Source: Candidatus Dormiibacterota bacterium (GTDB lineage: Bacteria; Chloroflexota; Dormibacteria; Aeolococcales; Aeolococcaceae). From it: 64,000 nucleotides of DNA. The stretch spans positions 1-64,000 of the forward strand of contig CAVPXI010000005.1 in the NCBI GenBank assembly GCA_963709585.1. The letters are read 5' to 3'. The notes beneath the pieces were generated by a model. That model ran no database searches. It had not been told where the DNA came from and worked only from the letters and a program-made list of their open reading frames with translations. Below are positions 21,358 to 31,128 of this stretch, piece after piece (position 1 is the stretch's first letter; every line of letters begins with the position of its first letter). The position numbers and the translations under genes are program-made.

Positions 21358-21699
21358 TCAGACCGCACGTTCCCCGGCCGGGTCGCCCCACAGACCCTCG
21401 AGATCGTAGAAGGTCCGCTCCCCGGGGAGAAAGATGTGGGCGATCACCGCATCAAAGTCGGCGCAGGCCCACGACGCGTCCTTGAGGCCGGCGACCGCAA
21501 GCGCGCGCACGCCGTGCTGCTTACAGGCGTCCGTGATATTGTCAGTGATGGCACGAACCTGACGATCGGTGTCGCCCTCGCAGATAACGAAATAATCGGC
21601 GATCGTCGTCTTGGCGCGAATATCGAGCACCACCACGTCACGCGCCTTCTTGTCGGTGGCGGCGGCGGCGATGATGCCGGCCAGATCGGTGGAGGTCAT
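21358..21699 (-). CDS. rsfS: Ribosome silencing factor
   Basis: DKKARDVVVLD, ADYFVIC, RQVRAI, FYDLEGLW; nadD-rsfS synteny. Confidence 0.93.
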   Translation of the reverse strand: MTSTDLAGIIAAAATDKKARDVVVLDIRAKTTIADYFVICEGDTDRQVRAITDNITDACKQHGVRALAVAGLKDASWACADFDAVIAHIFLPGERTFYDLEGLWGDPAGERAV

Positions 21700-21709
21700 C
21701 CGTTTCGCA

Positions 21710-23619
<1,910 letters not shown>

Positions 23620-23937
23620 TCAGCCGGTCGCTGCGACCGGCTCCTCGTCGGCCTCTTCGATCATCTCGCCGACCGAGAAGATCGGCATCGCGCGAACGTT
23701 GGCGCGAGTCCTGTCGTGGCCGGTGTGATCGTAGGCAACCGTGCCGGTGCGCAACGCGAAGAGCGTGTGGTCGCGACCCACGCCGACATGCTCACCCGCG
23801 AGGATCTTGGTGCCGCGCTGACGGACCAGGATGGTGCCCGCGAGGACGACCTCGCCGGTGTGGCGCTTCACCCCGAGCCGCTTCGCCTTGGAGTCGCGCC
23901 CGTTGCGGGAGCTCCCGCCGCCCTTCTTATGCGCCAT
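23620..23937 (-). CDS. rpmA: 50S ribosomal protein L27 with an acidic C-terminal tail
   Basis: [31 protein letters not shown]. Confidence 0.97.
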   Translation of the reverse strand: MAHKKGGGSSRNGRDSKAKRLGVKRHTGEVVLAGTILVRQRGTKILAGEHVGVGRDHTLFALRTGTVAYDHTGHDRTRANVRAMPIFSVGEMIEEADEEPVAATG

Positions 23938-24530
23938 CGCCTGGGTCCTTCTTCGGTTTGGGTGTCCTGGCTCGCTTCGGGGCAGCCGCCTTGGGCGCCG
24001 GCTTCTCCGTCTTCGGCTCGTCCGTCTCAGCCGCGACCGCTTCTTCGACGGCGAGCTCGGCGACGGCGACCTCGGCCTCCGCGGCTTCAGCCTCGACGGC
24101 GATCGCCTGGGCTTCGCGGGCGATGGTCTCGGCTTGCGCCTCGATCACCTCGGTCTTGGCCGCCTTCGGCGCGGCGGCACGCTTCGGCGCGCTTGCCTTC
24201 GGCTTGGCCGCGGCCTTGCCACGCCCGACCTCCTCGATGAGCAACTCGGTCAACTGGCTGCGGTAGCCGAGGGTGCGCCGGTGGCGTTTCTTCGGCTTGT
24301 AGGTGAAGACGCGGATCTTGCGTCCACGGCGGTGCGCGATCACCGTCGCGGTGACCGATGCCTCCACGGGCGATCCCTTGGCCACATCGGTCTCGGCGCC
24401 GTCACCGAGGAGCAGCACCGACTTCGAGCGTCACCGTCGACCCGACCTCGACTGGAATGCGATCGACGAGGATCCGGTCGCCGGAAGCGACACGGTACTG
24501 GTGACCGCCGTGCTGAAGGATTGCGTACAT
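23927..24530 (-). CDS. rplU: 50S ribosomal protein L21 with a long Ala/Lys/Glu tail; apparent +1 frameshift near 24422
   Basis: [14 protein letters not shown] from ATG 24530 (SD GAGG); [24 protein letters not shown] in the next frame. Confidence 0.93.
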
Positions 24531-24598
24531 CTGCCTCTCTCGCCGGGAGCGGGTTCACTCCACCGAGGAACGCCGGCTGATACCGGACGCGATATCCG

Positions 24599-24608
24599 AG
24601 ATTACCAC
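24599..24608 (-). promoter_or_regulatory. Extended -10 (GTGGTAATCT) for the rplU-rpmA-obgE operon
   Basis: TG-g-TAATCT about 70 nt upstream of the rplU start. Confidence 0.45.
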
Positions 24609-24645
24609 GCGCACCCGTTGACAGGCCCTCGGCGACGAGAGAAAT

Positions 24646-25575
24646 CTAGGAGCTGAAGACGTTGAGCGGGGCCGCGCCGGCGATGCTCACCTGGTCGCGC
24701 GACGCATCGGTGACCGCCACATGAATGGTGAACACGCCCTTCCCCGGGTTGGGAATGCACTGCGCGATGAATTCGATGGTGAGCGTGCCCGGACCGAGCG
24801 TCGTCTGCGGCGGTAACTCAAAGCCGCCGTAGAAGACCAGGTAACCGCCCTTGACCGGCGAGATCAGCGACTCCTGCGACGCGTTACCACCGAACGGCAT
24901 GATCGTCGACTGGTACTGGAGGACGGGCGGCAGGGTGACGAGCACGTCGACGGTGGGGGCGATTCCCGTGCCTTTGTTGGTGACCGTGACCCGATAGGTG
25001 ACCTGACCGAGGGGGTGCACCGTCGAAGGGCCGACGGACGCCGTGACTCCGAGCCGGGGTGCCTCGTTGACCGCAACCTGGATCGGGTGGCTCTGCACCG
25101 TGTCGGTGAGCGTGTCGTCGACCACCTGCGCCGCGAGTGAGTAGGTGTCGGGCTGCGCCGTGATGTTCACCGCGAAGTTGATCGACACCGATGCGTACTG
25201 GATCTGGCCGTTCGGTGACGTCGGCGACGAGAGCGACCAGACGCCCCACTGCGGGTTGGATATCCCGACTTGAGCGTCCTCGGGCGTGGTGCGCGCCGCC
25301 CCCTGGGTGTTGATCTGGTTGGTCACGGCGTACTGAAACGCGTTTGGCATCAACGCGTGGATGACCACGCCCGACGCGTTGCCGGGACCCAGGTTCTGCA
25401 CCGTCACGACGAAATCCGCGTCAGTGGTCCCCGGCGTATATGACGCACCGAAAGTGGAGCTGAGCGTGACCGAAAGTTGCGCCGCCTCGGAGCTGCAGGC
25501 GGTGACGAACAGCGCCACAGGCGCCAGGATCGCGACGGCAAGGATGCCCGTCAGATGCGACGCCGGTGCCCGCAC
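24646..25575 (-). CDS. Lipoprotein with two DUF11/Ig-like repeat domains
   Basis: Lipobox-like VTAC; repeated VTVQNLGPGNA / VTVTNKGTGIA motifs. Confidence 0.7.
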   Translation of the reverse strand: MRAPASHLTGILAVAILAPVALFVTACSSEAAQLSVTLSSTFGASYTPGTTDADFVVTVQNLGPGNASGVVIHALMPNAFQYAVTNQINTQGAARTTPEDAQVGISNPQWGVWSLSSPTSPNGQIQYASVSINFAVNITAQPDTYSLAAQVVDDTLTDTVQSHPIQVAVNEAPRLGVTASVGPSTVHPLGQVTYRVTVTNKGTGIAPTVDVLVTLPPVLQYQSTIMPFGGNASQESLISPVKGGYLVFYGGFELPPQTTLGPGTLTIEFIAQCIPNPGKGVFTIHVAVTDASRDQVSIAGAAPLNVFSS

Positions 25576-25595
25576 CCACCTGCTCCGCGAAACGG

Positions 25596-26255
25596 TCAGA
25601 CCCTGGAGGCGGTGCGAAGCGGCGCGAGCGGACGCCGCTGCCGCGTCGCGGTCAGCATGATGTCGGTGGTGCGCGGCAGCGGGTCTGGGTAGCCGATCTC
25701 ACCGAGCAGGCGAAGCGCGAGACCGACGTCCAAGCCGATGACCGTGTCGATGCGTCCGGCGACGGCCTCGACGAAGTCCGAGCCGCCACCCTGGATCGCA
25801 TATGCGCCGGCACGATCGAGCGGCTCGCCCGAAGCCACGTACATGTCGAGCGCGTCGTCGGTGAAGTCGCAGAACTTGACGGCCGAGCGGCTCACGCCGA
25901 GCGCCTCGTGGTCGCTCTCGGTGCACATCGCGCACACCCCGGTGAGCACGGTGTGGCGCTTGCCACGGAGGTCGTTGAGCATCTCCCGGGCCAGTTCGGG
26001 CGTGCGCGGCTTGCCGAGAGGGCCGTGGGGACCAACCACGATCGTGTCGGCGCTCAGCACGTACGTTCCAGCAGGAACTAGCTTGCTCACCGCGACGGCC
26101 TTCTGCCGGGCGACGAGCTGCACGGCGAGCTCCGCACTGACGCCGACGGGAAGCGAAACGTCGTCCGGGGGCTCCATGATCCGGAACCGGATCCCGGCCC
26201 TGGTCAGCAGCTCGCGCCGGCGAGGCGACCGGGACGCGAGAACGATTCCAATCAC
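25596..26255 (-). CDS. maf: Maf family nucleoside-triphosphate pyrophosphatase
   Basis: LASRSPRRRELL, SADTIV, LGKP, DRAGAYAIQ, VIGL. Confidence 0.93.
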   Translation of the reverse strand: MIGIVLASRSPRRRELLTRAGIRFRIMEPPDDVSLPVGVSAELAVQLVARQKAVAVSKLVPAGTYVLSADTIVVGPHGPLGKPRTPELAREMLNDLRGKRHTVLTGVCAMCTESDHEALGVSRSAVKFCDFTDDALDMYVASGEPLDRAGAYAIQGGGSDFVEAVAGRIDTVIGLDVGLALRLLGEIGYPDPLPRTTDIMLTATRQRRPLAPLRTASRV

Positions 26256-26367
26256 GTGGCGGTCACGCGCGCAACGGCCGCATCGAAATCTCGCGCCAAC
26301 TCACGCCCCATGCTAGCACCGCGATGCGACCGCGAGTTGATGGAGTCGGCGTTCGCGCACAACGGCT

Positions 26368-27105
26368 TTAGGGCCGTGCCGCGATGACCGCCGTCACCGA
26401 GGCGGCAATCGCGCACAGCCACGCGACCATGAACAGCGAGGGGTGCTCCCTTCGGGTCGCGGTTCGTATGAGCCGCAGGAGGAGCGCATAGACCACCACC
26501 GTCGCGACCAGCCCGAGGACCCAGACCGGCGCGAACGGCCACTGCTGCGCCGGTGGGATCAGGGTGGCGAGCATTACCTCGAGCGTCGCGGCGACGACTG
26601 TTGCCCGAGCCGCGACGGACCCGCTCGCCTCCTGGGGCTTGATCACTGCCGGGAGCGCCAGCAGGACGGCGATCACCGCGAGGATGCGCGCGGCGGCGTT
26701 CGCTCTCCCGGCCGCCCCCGAGATGTCGGTGCTGGAAAACGAGGTGGCCACAAGCCCGAGCAGGACCAGCGCGGTCCCGCCGAAGACGACCAGCACCAGG
26801 CGTCGTCGCGACCAGGGCTGCGGAGCCACGAGCGAGCCGGAGACAACGATCAGAAGCACCGCCGCCACCAGGTTGGCCGTCGCCCCGCCGGGTGGCGGGA
26901 GCGACGCTGCCGGGGTCCCGGGCAGCGGTGCCATCGCCGCGGCGACGGCTGCGATGGCGATGGCGGCGAGCCCGCGCGCATCGAGGGAGGTTGAACGCTC
27001 CATCCCCGCGCCACGGTAGGTCAGCCAGGCCATGACCGCCAGGAACAGGCCCCCGGGATACGCGGCGAGGGCAACGACCTCGAGGAGCAGCCCGAGCGGA
27101 TCCAT
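26368..27105 (-). CDS. Membrane protein, remote NuoH/HyfC-like
   Basis: About 8 hydrophobic segments; ALAAYPGGLFL..LTYRG resembles the NuoH-family N-terminus; operon context. Confidence 0.45.
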   Translation of the reverse strand: MDPLGLLLEVVALAAYPGGLFLAVMAWLTYRGAGMERSTSLDARGLAAIAIAAVAAAMAPLPGTPAASLPPPGGATANLVAAVLLIVVSGSLVAPQPWSRRRLVLVVFGGTALVLLGLVATSFSSTDISGAAGRANAAARILAVIAVLLALPAVIKPQEASGSVAARATVVAATLEVMLATLIPPAQQWPFAPVWVLGLVATVVVYALLLRLIRTATRREHPSLFMVAWLCAIAASVTAVIAARP

Positions 27106-27109
27106 CTCG

Positions 27110-28354
27110 TCAGTGACCGAACACGAATCCGGAGAGCGACTGCGGCGCAAGTCCGATCGCGATGCCGACGGCGACCAACAGCCAGGCGACAAGGTCGTTG
27201 AGGCGCCCGCGCAACCCGGCCAGGGGCACGACGCGCCCCCTGGTCCAGCACGCCATGACCGCGGCGACGAAGATCGCCGCCATCGCGATCACGGCGGCGA
27301 TCGTCGACCCGACGTTCCCCGCCGCGAGTGCCTCGAGGAGGAGCAGACGGCCCCAGAAGGCCGGCGACGGTGGGATGCCGCTGAGCAACGCCCAGGCCAC
27401 GCGACGCGGCCAGAGGAGACCGGCAGCTTCGGATCGCAGAAGAATCGGCGCGAGGGTGAGATGGGTCACCAGGATGATCAGCGCGCCGGTGACGGCGGGA
27501 GAGACCGCGGCCCCCTCGACGGCGGCGATGCAGAGTGAGATGTCCGCCATGAAGACGCGCCCGTAGCGCGTCCGGGCCGGGCCGCGCACCGCCCAGACCC
27601 CTCCCCAGACGGCGCTCCCCAGACCCACCACCAGCAGAACGTGCTCGAAGATGAGGCTCCCGTCGCCGAGGACTCCGCCAGGAATCCGCCCGGCGATGAT
27701 CAACACGACCGGCACCAGCAGGACCAGCCACGGCGCAACGTCGATGGGTCGAAGCGACCCGATGATCCCCGCTGCCCAACCCCCCAGCGGGTACACCGCC
27801 AGGAGCGCGGCGACCCCGGTGGCGAGCAGGGCGGCGACCACGACAGGACGATCCCCGCTTGTGAAGCCGGTGAGCGGCAGGAATGGCGAAGCCGCAACCA
27901 GCGCCATGGTCCCGGTCCCGGCGATGCGTCCGGCGGCGAGCGTCGCCTTCCCCGGCGCCTGGCCGATCCACCGAAGCACCAGGGTGGCGACCGCGACGGT
28001 CAGGGCCAGGGCGGTGACCAGCGGGTCACTGCTGGCCATGGCAACGGTTGCGGCCGCGCCGACCACACCGATGGTCCGCCCCACCGAGACGTCGATCGAG
28101 GGCTGGAGCAGCACCACCAGGGTCATCGAGAGGCCGGTGGCGACGAGCACTCCCTGACCCGCGCGGTCGAGGCCGGTGATGCCGGCCAGCCCTCCGAGCG
28201 GCACGGCAACGGTCGATGATCGCGTCGCGAGCAGGGTCAACCCCGCTCCGACCAGTGGCACCACCGCCACCAATCGCGCGGTGCGCCGGCGGAGGAGCGC
28301 CGACGTCAACAGGCCGAGCGCCAACCACGCCGAGGCGATGACCAGAGGGTTCAC
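27110..28354 (-). CDS. Degenerate antiporter-like subunit (NuoN/MrpD/HyfF-like)
   Basis: AVYPLGGW (cf. PFHxW), LVTH, LLSGIPPSPAFWGR (cf. SLAGIPPxxGFxGK); GTGA overlap. Confidence 0.65.
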   Translation of the reverse strand: MNPLVIASAWLALGLLTSALLRRRTARLVAVVPLVGAGLTLLATRSSTVAVPLGGLAGITGLDRAGQGVLVATGLSMTLVVLLQPSIDVSVGRTIGVVGAAATVAMASSDPLVTALALTVAVATLVLRWIGQAPGKATLAAGRIAGTGTMALVAASPFLPLTGFTSGDRPVVVAALLATGVAALLAVYPLGGWAAGIIGSLRPIDVAPWLVLLVPVVLIIAGRIPGGVLGDGSLIFEHVLLVVGLGSAVWGGVWAVRGPARTRYGRVFMADISLCIAAVEGAAVSPAVTGALIILVTHLTLAPILLRSEAAGLLWPRRVAWALLSGIPPSPAFWGRLLLLEALAAGNVGSTIAAVIAMAAIFVAAVMACWTRGRVVPLAGLRGRLNDLVAWLLVAVGIAIGLAPQSLSGFVFGH

Positions 28355-28980
28355 GTGTGAGCACGTCGCGAGCTTCGCCCGTTCAACCACCCGGCGAGGA
28401 AGGCCGCAAGCGGCGCGACGACACAGACGAGAGCCGCGCCGGGGATCGAGTCGGAGCCGCTTCGCAGCAGCCACGCCGTACCGGTCGCGATGCCCACCAT
28501 CGCGATGCCGACGCCCAGGTCCTCCACGGTTCGGGCGAGCACCAGCCGGATGACGCCACAGGTCCAGGCGTAGGCGATCGGGAAGAGCAGTCCCTCGGTG
28601 ACGGCGACCTGGCCGATCGGAACGTTGAAGCTCACCCACGAGGCGACCGGGAGCGCGACCGCCGCACCGAACGCGCGGCCGCTCCTGGGACCGAAAAGCC
28701 GGTCGGTCGGCGCGAACGCCGGGATGGTCGGGTCGAGGCCGGTGAGCCAGGGGAGGACTCGTCCGCCCAGCCAGCCGGCCCAACTCAGGAGCACCACGGC
28801 GATCGCGCAGGCACCGAGCACGGCCACCCCGGGCGCGCCCCCGAAGGTCGCCGCCGTCGGTGCGAGCCCGGCGGCGAGCAGGACGGCCGCGATCGCAACC
28901 GCGCGCCTGCCGTCCACCATCATCGCGATCGCCGCGGCGAGCACACCCGCGGCAGAGAGCAGCGGCGCGGAAACCCCCAT
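28351..28980 (-). CDS. Membrane protein, possibly HyfE-like
   Basis: 209 aa, about 7 TM segments, coupled on both sides to antiporter-like genes. Confidence 0.45.
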   Translation of the reverse strand: MGVSAPLLSAAGVLAAAIAMMVDGRRAVAIAAVLLAAGLAPTAATFGGAPGVAVLGACAIAVVLLSWAGWLGGRVLPWLTGLDPTIPAFAPTDRLFGPRSGRAFGAAVALPVASWVSFNVPIGQVAVTEGLLFPIAYAWTCGVIRLVLARTVEDLGVGIAMVGIATGTAWLLRSGSDSIPGAALVCVVAPLAAFLAGWLNGRSSRRAHT

Positions 28981-30653
28981 CAGTGAATCAGCTGGAAGAG
29001 CAGGATGGCCAGGATCGCTCCCCCGAGGACCACGACCAGCTGGGGCTGCACCACGAGCCAGTCGTCCGTCTGGCGCAGCCACGAGCTCCCGCGAACCGCG
29101 GCCGGCCGCAGCCGCCTGGCGATCCCGACCCCGATGGCACGCGCCGCAGCCGCTGAAGGCTGATCCTCGTTTGGCGACGAAGTCGCCGGCGACCAGCCCA
29201 CCAGCGTCGCAAAAGCCCACGCGCCGGCGGCGACGATGACGAACGCGACGACGATATAGCCGCCCGACCAGTCGCCCGCGTTGCTCCGGATCGCCGCGGC
29301 GCCGATCGGCTCGGTCAGCCCAGTCGAGTTGAGGGCAGCGAGCACCGAGGTCGCGATCGTGCCGGGCACCACGGCCGCGATCAGCGATACGACCGCCGCC
29401 ACCGCGCCAAGCAGCGAGGGGTACCCGGACCGCTCGGCATTCCCTCCCGAGGTCAGCACCCGCGTCGCGGCCTGAACCGCCGCCGCAGCGCCCAGGACGC
29501 CGGCGACGCCGAGTGCGGCCAGGAGGGCGGTTCCGGGGCGGCCGATCGAGACTGTCGCGGAGAGCTCGAGGATCAGGGCGGTGATGCCGAACCCGATCGG
29601 CAGGGACCCCGCGGCGCCGAGCGCGAAGGCGGCCAGGATAATCCCGCCCCGGCCGCGACCGATGTGCTCCCACGCCGCGGTCAGTGCCGTGACCAGCATC
29701 AGGGAGCAGACGCCCGCAGCGATGGCTGCACCCGCGGGAGGTCCCGCGACGCCCGTGAGCGCGACTACCGGCGCAGCGGCGATGACGCAGAGCGCCCGGC
29801 CCGTGATCACCGGCACGCGCGATCGGCGCAGGGCGACCACCACCGCCAGGGTCGCGGCCATGCCGCCCGCAGCCGCGAGCCCGATCGCAATCTGTTCGGG
29901 GAGCGGACCGGCGGCAGCCTCCCGGAGCCGTAGCAGGACGATCGCTCCGCACGGGATGGCGCCGGTTGTCGCCCATGCCGCCGTCGGGGTCCGGCTTCCC
30001 CGAATCGGAACGAACGCCGGCGAGAAGAGCCGCACCGCACCCGCCGCGGCCCACGGCCCGGCAACGGTCGCGCCCATCGCGCCGGCCGGAATCACTGCGA
30101 AGTCGGTTGTGCCGGCGACGCTCAGGAGCTGGACCGCGGCCACCACCAGGCCGAGTGACGCGAGGTGTTCGAGCCCGACGGCGACGAGCCCACCGCGGCC
30201 GGGGCGGCCGCGGGCGGCGCTGGTCATCAGCAGGGTCCCGACGCCCGCGATCTCGACACCGGCGGCCAGCATCACCACGTTGCCGGCGTCGGTCGCCAGA
30301 ATCGTGCCCGCCACGCAGACGAGGAGCGCGCTCACCTCGCGGGTTTGCCGGTCGCTCTCGAGCAGGAGGAGGAGGCCGGCCGCCGCCGCGGCAACCCCGA
30401 GGGTCGCGCCGGGCAGGTCGAGACGGAGCAGGTAGGGGATCCCGGCGACGGGGGTGCCGAGCGATGTCTCGATGCGCCCGCTTCCGTTGAGGAAGGCGGC
30501 TTCAACCGCCAGCAACGCGATGGTCATCGCGATGCCGACCCCCGCAACGATTCGCGCGGCGCGCGCCTGTCCTGGAGCGAGAGCGAAGACGGCGATGGCC
30601 GCGATGATCAGCGGCGCGGGTATGAGCGCGAGCTGGAGCCCACCGCCCAGCAT
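28980..30653 (-). CDS. Degenerate antiporter-like subunit (MrpA/MrpD/HyfB-like)
   Basis: LRLD, AGNVVMLAAGVE (TM5 Glu), AGTTDF, AVRLFSPAFVP, GAIVLLRL, AAGSLPIGFG follow the proton-translocating subunit pattern. Confidence 0.65.
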   Translation of the reverse strand: MLGGGLQLALIPAPLIIAAIAVFALAPGQARAARIVAGVGIAMTIALLAVEAAFLNGSGRIETSLGTPVAGIPYLLRLDLPGATLGVAAAAAGLLLLLESDRQTREVSALLVCVAGTILATDAGNVVMLAAGVEIAGVGTLLMTSAARGRPGRGGLVAVGLEHLASLGLVVAAVQLLSVAGTTDFAVIPAGAMGATVAGPWAAAGAVRLFSPAFVPIRGSRTPTAAWATTGAIPCGAIVLLRLREAAAGPLPEQIAIGLAAAGGMAATLAVVVALRRSRVPVITGRALCVIAAAPVVALTGVAGPPAGAAIAAGVCSLMLVTALTAAWEHIGRGRGGIILAAFALGAAGSLPIGFGITALILELSATVSIGRPGTALLAALGVAGVLGAAAAVQAATRVLTSGGNAERSGYPSLLGAVAAVVSLIAAVVPGTIATSVLAALNSTGLTEPIGAAAIRSNAGDWSGGYIVVAFVIVAAGAWAFATLVGWSPATSSPNEDQPSAAAARAIGVGIARRLRPAAVRGSSWLRQTDDWLVVQPQLVVVLGGAILAILLFQLIH

Positions 30654-30660
30654 CGTGGCG

Positions 30661-31128
30661 CTACCTCCCGGTGCGGGCCAGCGCCGGCGCTCCGACCTCA
30701 GTGGCGCAGTACGGGCAGACCCCCCAACCCAGGCGGAGGCTGCGGTCGCATCCCGTGCACCGCCGGGCGAACTGGGTCCGGCAGTAGGGGCAGAGGATGA
30801 ACTCCTGCTCGATCTCGCGTCCGCAGGTCGGACACGGTCGGGTGGGTACGCCCTCGACCGGTGGCTCGAGGAGCACCTGCTCCTCGATGGCGAGCGATCG
30901 CACCTGCTCCATCGTCATCGGCGGCCGCACCATGAAATAGATCAGCGCGCCGAGGAATGGCGGTACGAAACCGAGCAGCATCGCGAACAGCGCGAAGCCG
31001 GGCGACGTCGTGCGCCGGCGCGCGTCGCGGACGACGTAGAAGGCCAGCGCGAGCCAGAGCACGACAACGTAGGCGATGACGATGGTCAGCACGGCGGTGA
31101 GCAGCGTCCCCAGGTCAACCAGCAGCAT
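30661..31128 (-). CDS. Membrane protein with a C-terminal double zinc ribbon
   Basis: N-terminal TMs with RDARRR and YFMVRPP; CPTC, CPYC, CTGC, CPYC; SD GGAGG. Confidence 0.85.
   Translation of the reverse strand: MLLVDLGTLLTAVLTIVIAYVVVLWLALAFYVVRDARRRTTSPGFALFAMLLGFVPPFLGALIYFMVRPPMTMEQVRSLAIEEQVLLEPPVEGVPTRPCPTCGREIEQEFILCPYCRTQFARRCTGCDRSLRLGWGVCPYCATEVGAPALARTGR

Noticed and set aside
24531-24598. L21 leader RNA
   Set aside because: The GC-rich leader could fold, but I cannot match it to the Rfam model without a covariance search.
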